This document shows positions 1-13,700 of a stretch of 64,000 nt of DNA, one piece after another. A model generated the notes under the pieces. It was not told the DNA's origin, did not search any database, and was given only the letters and a program-made list of their open reading frames with translations. Origin of the DNA: the human T2T-CHM13v2.0 reference genome, Homo sapiens; the NCBI RefSeq assembly GCF_009914755.1, contig NC_060940.1; one strand, written 5' to 3'. Position numbers and translations under genes: made by a program. Within the stretch, counting starts at the first letter, position 1. Each line of letters opens with the position of its first letter.

Positions 1-798
1 TCGATGATGATTCCATTCCAGTCCATTCGATCATTCCACTTGATTCCATTTGATGACTATTCCATTCAAATCCATTTGATGATTCCATTCGATTCCATTC
101 GATGTTACCATTCGAGTATATACGATGATTCCACTCGATTCCATTTGATGATTATTCCATTGGAGTCCACTTAGTGAATCCTTTAGATTCTACTCGAAGA
201 TGATTCCATTCGAGTCCATTCGATGATACCATTCAATTCCATTCGTTGATGCTTCCATTCAAGTGCATTCGATGATATCATTCGATTCCATTTGATGATA
301 ATTCCATTTGATTCCATGCGATGATTCTATTCGATTCCATTCAATGATAATTCCATTCAATTCAGTGATTCCTCTGGACTCCATTTGATGATGATTCCAT
401 TCAATGATTCCATTCGATTCTATTCGAAAATGATTCCATTTGAATCCATTTGATGATGATTCCATTGGATTCCATTTGATGATTCCATTCGATTCCATTC
501 GATGATGATTCCATTCGATTCCTTTTGATGAATCCATTCTATTGTATTCGATGATGATTCCATTCGATTCCATTCGATGATGATTGGATTCGATTCCATT
601 TGATGATTTCATTTGATTCCATTCGATAATGATTTCGATCAATTCCATTCGATGATTCCATTCGATTCCATTCGATAATGATTACATCCGAGTCCATTCG
701 ATGATTCCATTTGAGCCCGTTCGATAATTCCATTTGAGTCCAATCAATGATTCCATTCATTTCCATTCAATGATTCCATTCGAGTCCATTTGATCATT
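1..798 (+). repeat. Partial unit: tail of an S-type (4.13 kb) unit
   Basis: Bases 1-122 match the end of the S block at 9984-10105 (offset 9983). ORF 259..648 is identical to 10242..10631, 23410..23799 and 33393..33782. Confidence 0.88.
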
Positions 799-3700
799 CC
801 GGTAGGGTCCGTTCGATGTTGATTCCATTGGAGTGCATTCGATGATTCCATTCGAGTCCATTTTAGGATTTGATTCGAGTCCTTTCGATGATTCCATTCG
901 ATTCCACTCGATGATTTCATTCGAGTCCATTCGACACTTCCAATCGATTCCATTTGATGTTTCCATTCGATTCCAATTGATGATTCCATTCAATTCCATT
1001 CGATGATGATTCCGTACGATTCCATTCTGTGATGATTCCATGTGATTCCATTCAATGATGATTCCTTTCGATTGCATTCGATTATGATTCATTTCGTGTT
1101 CATTCTATGGTTCCACAGGTTTCCATTCGATGATGTTTCCATTCGTGTCCATTCCATTATTCCATTCTATTCCATTTGAAGATGATTCCATTCGATTCCA
1201 TTCATTGGTGATTCCACTCAATTCCATTCAATGATTCCATTCCATTTCTTTCAACAATGATTCCATTAGTTTCTATTCGATGATCCACTTGATTCCATTT
1301 GACGATGATTCCATTCGTGTCCATTCGATGATTCCATTTGATTCCATATGATGATGATTCCATTCGATTCCATACGATGATGATTCCATTCGAGTCCATT
1401 CAATGGTGATTCCATTCAATTCCATTCGATGATTCCTTCCGATTCCATTCAATGATGATGGCATTCGATTCCTTTCGATCATTCCCTTTGATTCCATTCA
1501 AAGGTGATTTCATTCAAGTCCATTCGATAATTGCATTCGATTCCATTCTATGATGATTCCATTCGAGTCCATTTGATGATTCCATTCAATTCAAGTCAAT
1601 GATGATTCCATTCGATTCAACTCGATGATTCCATTGGATTCCATTCGATGATGATTCCATTCAAATCCATTCGATAATTCAATTCAAGTCCATTCGATGA
1701 TGATTCCAATCGAATCCATTCAAAGATTCCACTCAATTCCATTCGATGATGATTCCCTTAGATTCCATTCGATGATTCCACTTGATTCCATTTACGATGA
1801 TTCCATTCGATTCCATGTGATGATTCCATTCAATTCTATTCAATGATGTTTCCACTTGATTCCATTCGAACATGATTGCCTTTGATTCCATTCAATGATT
1901 CCATACGGTTCCATTTGATGATGATTCCATTCGAGTGCATTAGATGATTCCATTCGAGTCCATTCGATGATTCCATTCGATTCCATTCGATGTTGATTCT
2001 GTTCAAATCCATTCGATGATTCCACTCGATTCCATTCGATGACTCCATTTGATCCCATTCGATGATTTCCTTTGATTCCCTTTGATGATCATTCCATTTG
2101 ATTCAATTCGGTGATTTCATTTGATTCCATTCAGTGATGTTTCCATTCAACTCCTTTCGATGATGATTCCATTCGACTCCATTCGATTATGATTTCATTC
2201 AATTCCATTCGATAATGATTCCCTTCAAGTCCATTCGATGATTCCATTCGATTCCATTCAACGATGATTTGATTCGTGTCCATTCGATGATTCCATTTGA
2301 TTCCATTTGATGATTATTCCATTCGAGTCCCTTTGATGATTCCATTCAATTCCATTCTCCGATGATTTCTTTTGAGCCCATTCAATGCTTCCACTCGATT
2401 CCATATGATGATGACTCCATTTGATGAAATTCCATGATGATTCCATTCGCTTGCATTCGATGATGATTCCACTTGAGTCCGTTAGAAGATTCTATTCAAT
2501 TACATTCCATGACGATTCTGTTCGAGTCCATTTGATGATTCCATTAGACTCCATTCGACGATGATTCCATTCGATGTTATTCGATGATGATTCCATTCAA
2601 CTCCATTCGATGTTTCCATTCGAGTTCTTTCTATTATTCCATTAGATTCCATTCGATGATGATTCCATTCGATTCCATTTGATGATTGCATTCTATTTCA
2701 TTTGATGATGATTCCATTCGAGTCCATTCGATGATTCCATTCGAGTCCATTTAATGAATCCATTGGTTTCAATTCTATGATGATTACATTGGATTCCATT
2801 CGTTGATGATTTCATTCGTTTCCATTCAATGATGATTCCATTCAATTCCATTCAATGATTCCATTCAATTCCATACGATGATGATTCCATTTGATTTGAT
2901 TCGACAGTGAACCATTCGATTCAATTCCATGATGATTCTATTTGATTCAATTGGTTGACATTTCCATTCGATTCCATTCGATGATGATTCCATTTGATTC
3001 CATTCAAAGATGATTCCATTCTAGCCCATTCAATCATTCCTTTCGATTCTATTCAATGATGATTCCATTCATGTCGATTTGGTGATTCCATTTGACTTCA
3101 TTTGATGATGATTCCTTTCAAGTTCATTAGTTGATTCCATTCGATTCCATTTGATGATGATCCCATTCGAGTCCATTCAGTGATTCCACTCGTTTCCATT
3201 CCATGATGATTCCATTCCATTCCATTCAATGATTCCATTCGATTCCGTTTGATGATGATTTCATTCGAGTCCATTTGATGATTCCATTTGATTCCATTCG
3301 ATGATGATTACATTCGAGTCCATACGATGATTCCACTCAATTCCATATGATGATGATTCCATTCGATTCCATTCGATGATTCCATTCTATTCTATTCAAT
3401 GGTGATTCCATTCGAGTACATTAGATGATTCCATTCGATTCCATTCAATGATGATTCTATTTGTGTCCCTTAGATGGTTCCACATGATTCCATTTCATGA
3501 TGATACTATTTGAGCCCATCCAATGATTCCCTTCGATTCCATTCGATGAGGATTCCATTCGATTCAATTCATTGGTGATTCTATTCAATTCAATTCTTTG
3601 ATTCCATTCCATTCCATTCGACAATGATTCCATTCGATTTCTTTCGATGATTCCACTCGATTCCACTTGACATTGATTCCATTCGATTCCATTCAATGAT

Positions 3701-6651
3701 TCCGTTTGATTCCAGTGGATGATGATTGCCATCGATTCCATTCGATCACTCCATTCTATTCCATTTGATGATGATTACATTCGATTCCATTTGATGATTC
3801 CATCTGATTCTATTCGAGGATTCCATTTGATTCCATTCGATGATGATTCCATTCGAGTGCATTCGATGATTTCATTCGAGTACATCCAATGATTCCATTT
3901 GAGTCCATTTGATGATTCGATTTGATTCCATTTGATTATGATTCTACTAGAGTCCATTCAATGACTCCATTCGAATCCATTCTACAATTCCATTCGAGGC
4001 CATTCGATGATTCCATTTGATGGTTCCATTCGAGTCCATTTAATCATTACAGTCGAGTCCATTTGGTGATTCCACTGGATTTCTTTTGATAATGATACCA
4101 TTCAATTACATTTGATGATGATCCCATTCAATTTCATTTGATGGTGATTCCATTAGAGTCCATTCGATGATTTCATTCGAGTCCCTTCATTGATTCCATC
4201 CGATTTCATTGGATGATGACTCCATTCGAGTCCATTCGATGATTCCACTCGATTCCATTAGATGATTCCATTGGAGTCCATTTGATTGTTCCATTCGATT
4301 CTATTCGATTCCTTTCGAAGATTATTCCATTTGAGTCCATTCGATGATGATTCCATTCCATTCCATTCGATGATTCCGTTTGATTCCATTCGATGATTCC
4401 CTTCGATTCCTTTCTTTGATGATTCCATTCCATTCCATTCAATGATTCCATTCGAATCTATTCCATGATGATTCCTTGCGATTCCATTCGCTGATGTTTC
4501 CGTTCAATTCCATTCGATGATGATTCCATTCGATTCCATTCATTGAGGATTCCATTTGATTCCATTAAATGATGATTCCGTTCTATTCCATTCAATGATT
4601 GCATTCAATTCCATTCAATGATTATCCCCTTAGAGTAAACTCAACGATTCCATTCAATACCACTCGATGATGATTCCTTTTGAGTCCATTCAATGATTTC
4701 ATTCAAGTCCATTTGATGATTCCTTTCAATTCCATTCTATGATGATTCCATTCGAGTCCATTCGATGATTCCATTCAATTGCATTCGATGATTCCATTAT
4801 ATTCCAGTCAACGATGATTCCATTCGAGTCCATTCGATGATTCCATTAGAGTACATTTAATGATTGCTTTGTTTTCAATTCGAAGATGATTACATTGGAT
4901 TCCATTCTATGATACCATTCGATTCCATTCAATGATGATTCCACTCAAATCCATTGGATGATTCCATTCGTGTCCGTTCGGTGATTTCATTAGATTCCAT
5001 TCGAGGATGATTCCATTCGATTCCATTCGATGATTCCATTCAATTCCATTCGATGATGATTGCATTCCAGTCCATATGATCATTCCATTTGATTTCATTC
5101 GATGATGATTCCATTCGATTCCATTCGATGATTCCATTCTATTCCATTCGATGATGATTCCATTCGAGTCCATTCGATGATTCCATTCGAGTCCATTTAA
5201 TGATTCCATTGGGTTCAATTCAATGATGATTACATTGGATTCCGTTCTATGATTCCATTCAATTCTGTTCATTGACAATTTGATTCCATTCGATGATGAT
5301 TCCATTTGAGTTCATTCGATGATTCTATTCGATTCTCTTCGATGGTGATTCAATTCTATTATATTGGATGATTCCATTCGATTCCATTTGATGTTGATTC
5401 AATTCGATTCTATTCGATGATGATTCCATTGGATTTCACTTGATGATTCTATTCGATTCCATTCAATGATGATTCACTTCTCGTCCATTGGATGATTCCA
5501 TTTCATTCCATTCGATGATGATTCCATTCGATTCCTTTCGATGATTCCATTTGATTCCATGTGACGGTGAGCAATTCGATTCAATTCCATGATGATTCTA
5601 TTTGATTCAATTAGATGATGTTTCCATTCGAATCCATTACATGATTATTCCATTGGAATCCATTTGGCGATGATTCCATATGAGTCAATTCAATGATGAT
5701 TCCATATGGGTCCGTTCGATGATAATTCCATTTGATTTCATTCGATGCTTCTATTCAATTCCAGTCGATGATGATTCCGTTGGAGTCCATACGATGATTC
5801 CATTTGATTTCATTTGATGATGATTCCATTCGATGATGATTACATTGGATTCCATTCTATGATTCCATTCAATTCCATTCGTTGATGATTCGATTCCATT
5901 CAATGATGATTCCATTTGAGTTCATTCGATGATTCTATTCGATTCCGTTCGATGGTGATTCAATTCTATTATATTGGATGATTCCACTCGATTCCATTTG
6001 ATGATTATTCCATTGGAGTCCACTTAGTGAATCCTTTAGATTCTACTCGACGATGATTCCATTCGAGTCCATTCGATGATACCATTCAATTCTATTCGTT
6101 GATGCTTCCATTCAAGTGCATTCGATGATATCATTCGATTCCATTTGATGATAATTCCATTTGATTCCATGCGATGATTCTATTCGATTCCATTCAATGA
6201 TAATTCCATTCAATACAGTGATTCCTCTGGACTCCATTTGATGATGATTCCATTCAATGATTCCATTCGATTCCATTCCGAAATGATTCCATTTGAATCC
6301 ATTTGATGATGATTCCATTAGATTCCATTTGATGATTCCATTCGATTCCATTTGACGATGATTCCATTCGATTCCATTTGATGATTCCATTCTATTCTAT
6401 TCGATGATGATTCCATTCGATTCCATTCGATGATGATTGGATTCGATTCCATTTGATGATTTCATTTGATTCCATTCGTTAATGATTTCGATCAACTCCA
6501 TTCGATGATTCCATTTAATTCCATTCGATAATGATTACATCCGAGTCCATTCGATGATTCCATTTGAGCCCGTTCGATAATTCCATTTGAGTCCAATCAA
6601 TGATTCCATTCATTTCCATTCAATGATTCCATTTGAGTCCATTTGATCATT
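799..6651 (+). repeat. Unit 1: long A-type unit, 5853 bp
   Basis: Distance between CCGGTAGGGTCC landmarks at 799 and 6652. Lacks the 170-bp module of B-type units. Confidence 0.9.
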
Positions 6652-9600
6652 CCGGTAGGGTCCGTTCGATGTTGATTCCATTGGAGTGCATTCGATGATT
6701 CCATTCGAGTCCATTTTATGATTTGATTCGAGTCCTTTCGATGATTCCATTCGATTCCACTCGATGATGATTTCATTCGAGTCCATTCGACACTTCCAAT
6801 CGATTCCATTTGATGTTTCCATTCGAGTCCAATTGATGATTCCATTCAATTCCATTCGATGATGATTCCGTACGATTCCATTCTGTGATGATTCCATGTG
6901 ATTGCATTCAATGATGATTCCTTTCGATTGCATTCGATTATGATTCATTTCGTGTTCATTCTATGGTTCCACAGGTTTCCATTCGATGACGTTTCCGTTC
7001 GTGTCCATTCCATTATTCCATTCTATTTCATTTGATGATGATTTCATTCGATTCCATTCATTGGTGATTCCACTCAATTCCATTCAATGATTCCATTCCA
7101 TTTCTTTCAACAATGATTCCATTAGTTTCTATTCGATGATCCACTTGATTCCATTTGGCGATGATTCCATTCTTGTCCATTCGATGATTCCGTTTGATTC
7201 CATATGATGATGATTCCATTCGATTCCATACGATGATGATTCCATTCGTGTCCATTCAATGGTGATTCCATTCAATTCCATTCGATGATTCCTTCCGATT
7301 CCATTCGATGATGATGGCATTCGATTCCTTTCAATCATTCCCTTTGATTCCATTCAAAGGTGATTTCATTCACGTCCATTCGATAATTGCATTCGATTCC
7401 ATTCTATGATGATTCCATTCGAGTCCATTTGATGATTCCATTCAATTCAAGTCAATGATGATTCCATTCGATTCCACTCGATGATTCCATTGGATTCCAT
7501 TCGATGATGATTCCATTCAAATCCATTCGATAATTCAATTCAAGTCCATTCGATGATGATTCCAATCGAATCCATTCAAAGATTCCATTCAATTCCATTC
7601 GATGATGATTCCCTTAGATTCCATTCGATGATTCCACTTGATTCCATTTAAGATGATTCCATTTGATTCCATGTGATGAATCCATTCAATTCTATTCAAT
7701 GATGTTTCCATTTGATTCCATTGGACCATGATTGCCTTTGATTCCATTCAATGATTCCATTCGGTTCCATTTGATGATGATTCCGTTCGATTCCATTTCA
7801 TTATTCCATTTGATTCCATTGGATGAGTCCATTCGATTACATTCGATGATTATTCCATTCGAGTGCATTAGATGATTGCATTCGTGTCCATTCGATGATT
7901 CCATTCGATTCCATTCGATGTTGATTCTGTTCAAATCCATTCGATGATTCCACTCGATTCCATTCGATGACTCCATTTGATCCCTTTCGATGATTTCCTG
8001 TGATTCCCTTTGATGATCATTCTATTTGATTCAATTCGGTGATTTCATTTCATTCCATTCAGTGATGTTTCCATTCGACTGTATTCGATGATGATTCCAT
8101 TCGACTCCATTCGATTATGATTTCATTCAATTCCATTCCATAATGATTCCCTTCGAGTCCATTCGATGATTCCATTCGATTCCATTCAACGATGATTTGA
8201 TTCGTTTCCATTCGATGATTCCATTTGATTCCACTTGATGATGATTCCATTCGAGTCCATTTGATGATTCCATTCGAGTTTATTTATGTATTATATTCAT
8301 GTCCACTTCATGATTCCATTCAATTCCATTTAATGTTGATTCCATTTGATTCCATTTGATGATTCAGTTCGATTCCTTGCAATGATTCCCTACGATTCCT
8401 TTCTATGATGATTCCATTCGATTCCATTCATTGATGATTTCATTCGACTCCATTCGATGATGATTCCTTTCGATTCCATTTGACGATGTTTCCATTCGAG
8501 TTCATTCGATGATGATTCTATTCAATTCTGTTCTATTATGATTCCATTCGATTTCATTCAATGCTTCTATTTGATTCCATTCGATGATGATTCCATCTCT
8601 TTCCCTTCGATGATTCCATTTGATTCCATTCAGTGATGATTCCATTGGATTCCATCTGATGATGATTTCACTTGATTCCTTTCAATGATGATTCAATTCA
8701 AGTCCATTCGATGATTCCATTGGAGTCCAAACGATCATTCCGTTCGATTCCATTCAATGGTGATTCCATTCATGTCCATTCGATGAATCCATTCAATTCC
8801 ATTCGATGATGACTCCATTCGAGTACATTCGATGATTCCATTTGATTCCATTTGAAGATGATTCCATTCAATTCCATTCGAAGATGATTCCATTCAATTC
8901 CATTCGATGATGATTCCGTATGAATCCATTCTCTGATTATTCCATTCGATTCCATTCATTGACGATTCCATTCAATTCCATTCAATGATGATTCTCTTCT
9001 ATTCCATTCGATGATTCCGGTCGATTCCATTCGATGATGATTCCATTAGATTCCATTCGACTGTTGCATTCGATTCCCTTCGATGATGATTCCTTTGAAT
9101 TCCATTCGATTATCATTCCGTATGAATCCATTTGATGATTATTCCATTGGATTCCTTTCGATGATGATTCCATTCGATTCCATTTGATGATGTTTCTCTT
9201 GTATTCCATTGGATAATTCCTTTCAGTTCCCTTCGATGATTATTCTTTCGAGTCAATTCGATGATTCTATTCCATTCCCTTCGATGATGATTCCATTTCA
9301 CTCCATTTGATGATTCCATTCGACTCAATTTGGTGATGATTCAATTCGATGATATTCGATGACTCCATTCAATTTCATTTGATGATGATTACATTCGAGT
9401 CCATTTGATGATTGTATTCCTTTCCTTTTGATGATTATTCCATTCGTGTCTATTCAAAGGTTCCATTCTATTCCATTCAATGATGATTGCATTTGATTCC
9501 ATTCAATGATTATGGCTATCGATTCCACTCGTTGATTCCATTTGATTCCGTTCGATGATTATTCTGTTAGTTTCCATTAGAAGATTCCATTCGATTTTAT

Positions 9601-10781
9601 TCAATGATTCCAATGGATTCCATTCAATGATGATTCCATTCGACTCCATTCAGTGATTCCATTCGAGTCTATTTGATGATTCCATTCCTTTCCATTTGAT
9701 GATGATTCCATTAGGGTCCATTCAATGATTCCATTCGAGTCCATTCGTTAATGCCTTTCGAGTCCTTTTGATCACTACATTCGAGTCCATTCAATGATTC
9801 TATTCGATTCCATTCCATGATGATTCCATTCGAGTTCATTCGATGATTGCATTCGAGTCCATTTGATGATTCCATATGATTCCCTTCGACAATGATTCCA
9901 TTCGTGTCCATTTGATGATTCCATTCATTTCCTATCGATGAAGATTCCATTCAAGTGTATTCGATGATTCCATTCAAATCCATTCGATGATGATTCCATT
10001 CCAGTCCATTCGATCATTCCACTTGATTCCATTTGATGACTATTCCATTCAAATCCATTTGATGATTCCATTCGATTCCATTCGATGTTACCATTCGAGT
10101 ATATACGATGATTCCACTCGATTCCATTTGATGATTATTCCATTGGAGTCCACTTAGTGAATCCTTTAGATTCTACTCGAAGATGATTCCATTCGAGTCC
10201 ATTCGATGATACCATTCAATTCCATTCGTTGATGCTTCCATTCAAGTGCATTCGATGATATCATTCGATTCCATTTGATGATAATTCCATTTGATTCCAT
10301 GCGATGATTCTATTCGATTCCATTCAATGATAATTCCATTCAATTCAGTGATTCCTCTGGACTCCATTTGATGATGATTCCATTCAATGATTCCATTCGA
10401 TTCTATTCGAAAATGATTCCATTTGAATCCATTTGATGATGATTCCATTGGATTCCATTTGATGATTCCATTCGATTCCATTCGATGATGATTCCATTCG
10501 ATTCCTTTTGATGAATCCATTCTATTGTATTCGATGATGATTCCATTCGATTCCATTCGATGATGATTGGATTCGATTCCATTTGATGATTTCATTTGAT
10601 TCCATTCGATAATGATTTCGATCAATTCCATTCGATGATTCCATTCGATTCCATTCGATAATGATTACATCCGAGTCCATTCGATGATTCCATTTGAGCC
10701 CGTTCGATAATTCCATTTGAGTCCAATCAATGATTCCATTCATTTCCATTCAATGATTCCATTCGAGTCCATTTGATCATT
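6652..10781 (+). repeat. Unit 2: short S-type unit, 4130 bp
   Basis: Landmarks at 6652 and 10782; contains the S-specific block ~8277-10105. Confidence 0.9.
8277..10105 (+). repeat. S-specific ~1.83 kb HSat2 block (other copies ~21445-23273, ~31428-33256, and 3'-truncated ~54127-55850)
   Basis: Begins at TTTATTTATGTATTATATTCATG and carries private markers CCAAACGATC, TTCCGGTCG, GAATTC (9097), TATGGCTATC and TTAGGGTCC. Rejoins the shared core at GATGATTCCACTCGATTCCATTTGATGATTATTCCATTGGAGTCCACTTAGTG. Confidence 0.85.
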
Positions 10782-13700
10782 CCGGTAGGGTCCGTTCGAT
10801 GTTGATTCCATTGGAGTGCATTCGATGATTCCATTCGAGTCCATTTTAGGATTTGATTCGAGTCCTTTCGATGATTCCATTCGATTCCACTCGATGATTT
10901 CATTCGAGTCCATTCGACACTTCCAATCGATTCCATTTGATGTTTCCATTCGATTCCAATTGATGATTCCATTCAATTCCATTCGATGATGATTCCGTAC
11001 GATTCCATTCAGTGATGATTCCATGTGATTGCATTCAATGATGATTCCTTTCGATTGCATTCGATTATGACTCATTTCGTGTTCATTCTATGGTTCCACA
11101 GGTTTCCATTCGATGATGTTTCCATTCGTGTCCATTCCATTATTCCATTATATTCCATTTGAAGATGATTCCATTCGATTCCATTCATTGGTGATTCCAC
11201 TCAATTCCATTCAATGATTCCATTCCATTTCTTTCAACAATGATTCCATTAGTTTCTATTCGATGATCCACTTGATTCCATTTGACGATGATTCCATTCG
11301 TGTCCATTCGATGATTCCATTTGATTCCATATGATGATGATTCCATTCGATTCCATACGATGATGATTCCATTCGAGTCCATTCAATGGTGATTCCATTC
11401 AATTCCATTCGATGATTCCTTCCGATTCCATTCAATGATGATGGCATTCGATTCCTTTCGATCATTCCCTTTGATTCCATTCAAAGGTGATTTCATTCAA
11501 GTCCATTCGATAATTGCATTCGATTCCATTCTATGATGATTCCATTCGAGTCCATTTGATGATTCCATTCAATTCAAGTCAATGATGATTCCATTCGATT
11601 CCACTCGATGATTCCATTGGATTCCATTCGATGATGATTCCATTCAAATCCATTCGATAATTCAATTCAAGTCCATTCGATGATGATTCCAATCGAATCC
11701 ATTCAAAGATTCCACTCAATTCCATTCGATGATGATTCCCTTAGATTCCATTCGATGATTCCACTTGATTCCATTTACGATGATTCCATTCGATTCCATG
11801 TGATGATTCCATTCAATTCTATTCAATGATGTTTCCACTTGATTCCATTCGAACATGATTGCCTTTGATTCCATTCAATGATTCCATACGGTTCCATTTG
11901 ATGATGATTCCATTCGAGTGCATTAGATGATTCCATTCGAGTCCATTCGATGATTCCACTCGATTCCATTCGATGACTACAGTTGATCCCATTCGATGAT
12001 TTCCTGTGATTCCCTTTGATGATCATTCCATTTGATTCAATTCGGTGATTTCATTTGATTCCATTCAGTGACGTTTCCATTCCCCTCCATTCGATGATGA
12101 TTCCATTCGACTCCATTCGATTATGATTTCATTCAATTCCATTCGATAATGATTCCCTTCGAGTCCATTCGATGATTCCATTCGATTCCATTCAACGATG
12201 ATTTGATTCGTGTCCATTCGATGATTCCATTTGATTCCACTTGATGATGATTCCATTCGAGTCCATTTGATGATTCCATTCAATTCCATACTCCGATGAT
12301 TTCTTTTGAGCCCACTCAATGCTTCCACTCGATTCCATATGATGATGACTCCATTCGATGAAATTCGATGATGATTCCATTCGCTTGCGTTCGATGATGA
12401 TTCCACTTGAGTCCGTTAGAAGATTCTATTCAATTACATTCCATGACGATTCCGTTCGAGTCCATTTGATGATTCCATTAGACTCCATTCGACGATGATT
12501 CCATTCGATGTTATTCGATGATTCCATTCGATCTCATTCGATGATGATTCCATTCAACTCCATTCGATGTTTCCATTCGAGTTCATTCTATTATTCCATT
12601 AGATTCCATTCGATGATGATTCCATTCGATTCCATTTGATGATTGCATTCTATTTCATTTAATGATGATTCCATTCGAGTCCACTCGATGATTCCATTCG
12701 AGTCCATTTAATGAATCCATTGGTTTCAATTCTATGATGATTACTTTGGATTCCATTCGTTGATGATTTCATTCGGTTCCATTCAATGATGATTCCATTC
12801 AATTCCTTTCAATGTTTCCATTCAATTCCATACGATGATGATTCCATTTGATTTGATTCGACAGTGAGCCATTCGATTCAATTCCATGATGATTCTATTT
12901 GATTCAATTGGTTGACATTTCCATTCGATTCCATTCGATGATGATTCCCTTTGATTCCATTCAAAGATGATTCCATTCTAGCCCATTCAATCATTCCATT
13001 CGATTCTATTCAATGATGATTCCATTCATGTCGATTTGGTGATTCCATTTGACTTCATTTGATGATGATTCCTTTCAAGTTCATTAGATGATTCTATTCG
13101 ATTCCATTTGATGATGATCCCATTCGAGTCCATTCAGTGATTCCATTCGTTTCCATTCCATGATGATTCCATTCCATTCCATTCAATGATTCCATTCGAT
13201 TCCGTTTGATGATGATTTCATTCGAGTCCATTTGATGATTCCATTTGATTCCATTCGATGATGATTCCATTCGAGTCCATTCGATGATTCTACTCGAATC
13301 CACTTCATGATTTCTTTTCATTATAGTTGGTGATGATTCCATTGGAGTCCATTCAATGATTCCATTCGATTCCAATCGATGGTGATTCCATTAGAGTCCA
13401 TTTAATGATTCCATTTGATTCCAGTCTCTGATGATTACATTCGAGTCTATACGATGATTCCACTCAATTCCGTATGATGATGATTCCATTCGATTCCATT
13501 CGATGATTCCATTCTATTCTATTCAATGGTGATTCCATTCGAGTACATTAGATGATTCCATTCGATTCCATTCAATGATGATTCTATTTGTGTCCCTTAG
13601 ATGATTCCACATGATTCCATTAGATGATGATACTATTTGAGCCCATCCAATGATTCCCTTCGATTCCATTCGATGAGGATTCCATTCGATTCAATTCATT

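Noticed and set aside
8279-8301. AT-rich TTTATTTATGTATTATATTCATG as a promoter or poly(A) signal (AATAAA on the minus strand in units 2 and 7)
   Set aside because: It can be derived from a mutated monomer, and the hexamer is lost in units 5 and 11 (GTCTATTT). There is no transcript evidence in the sequence.
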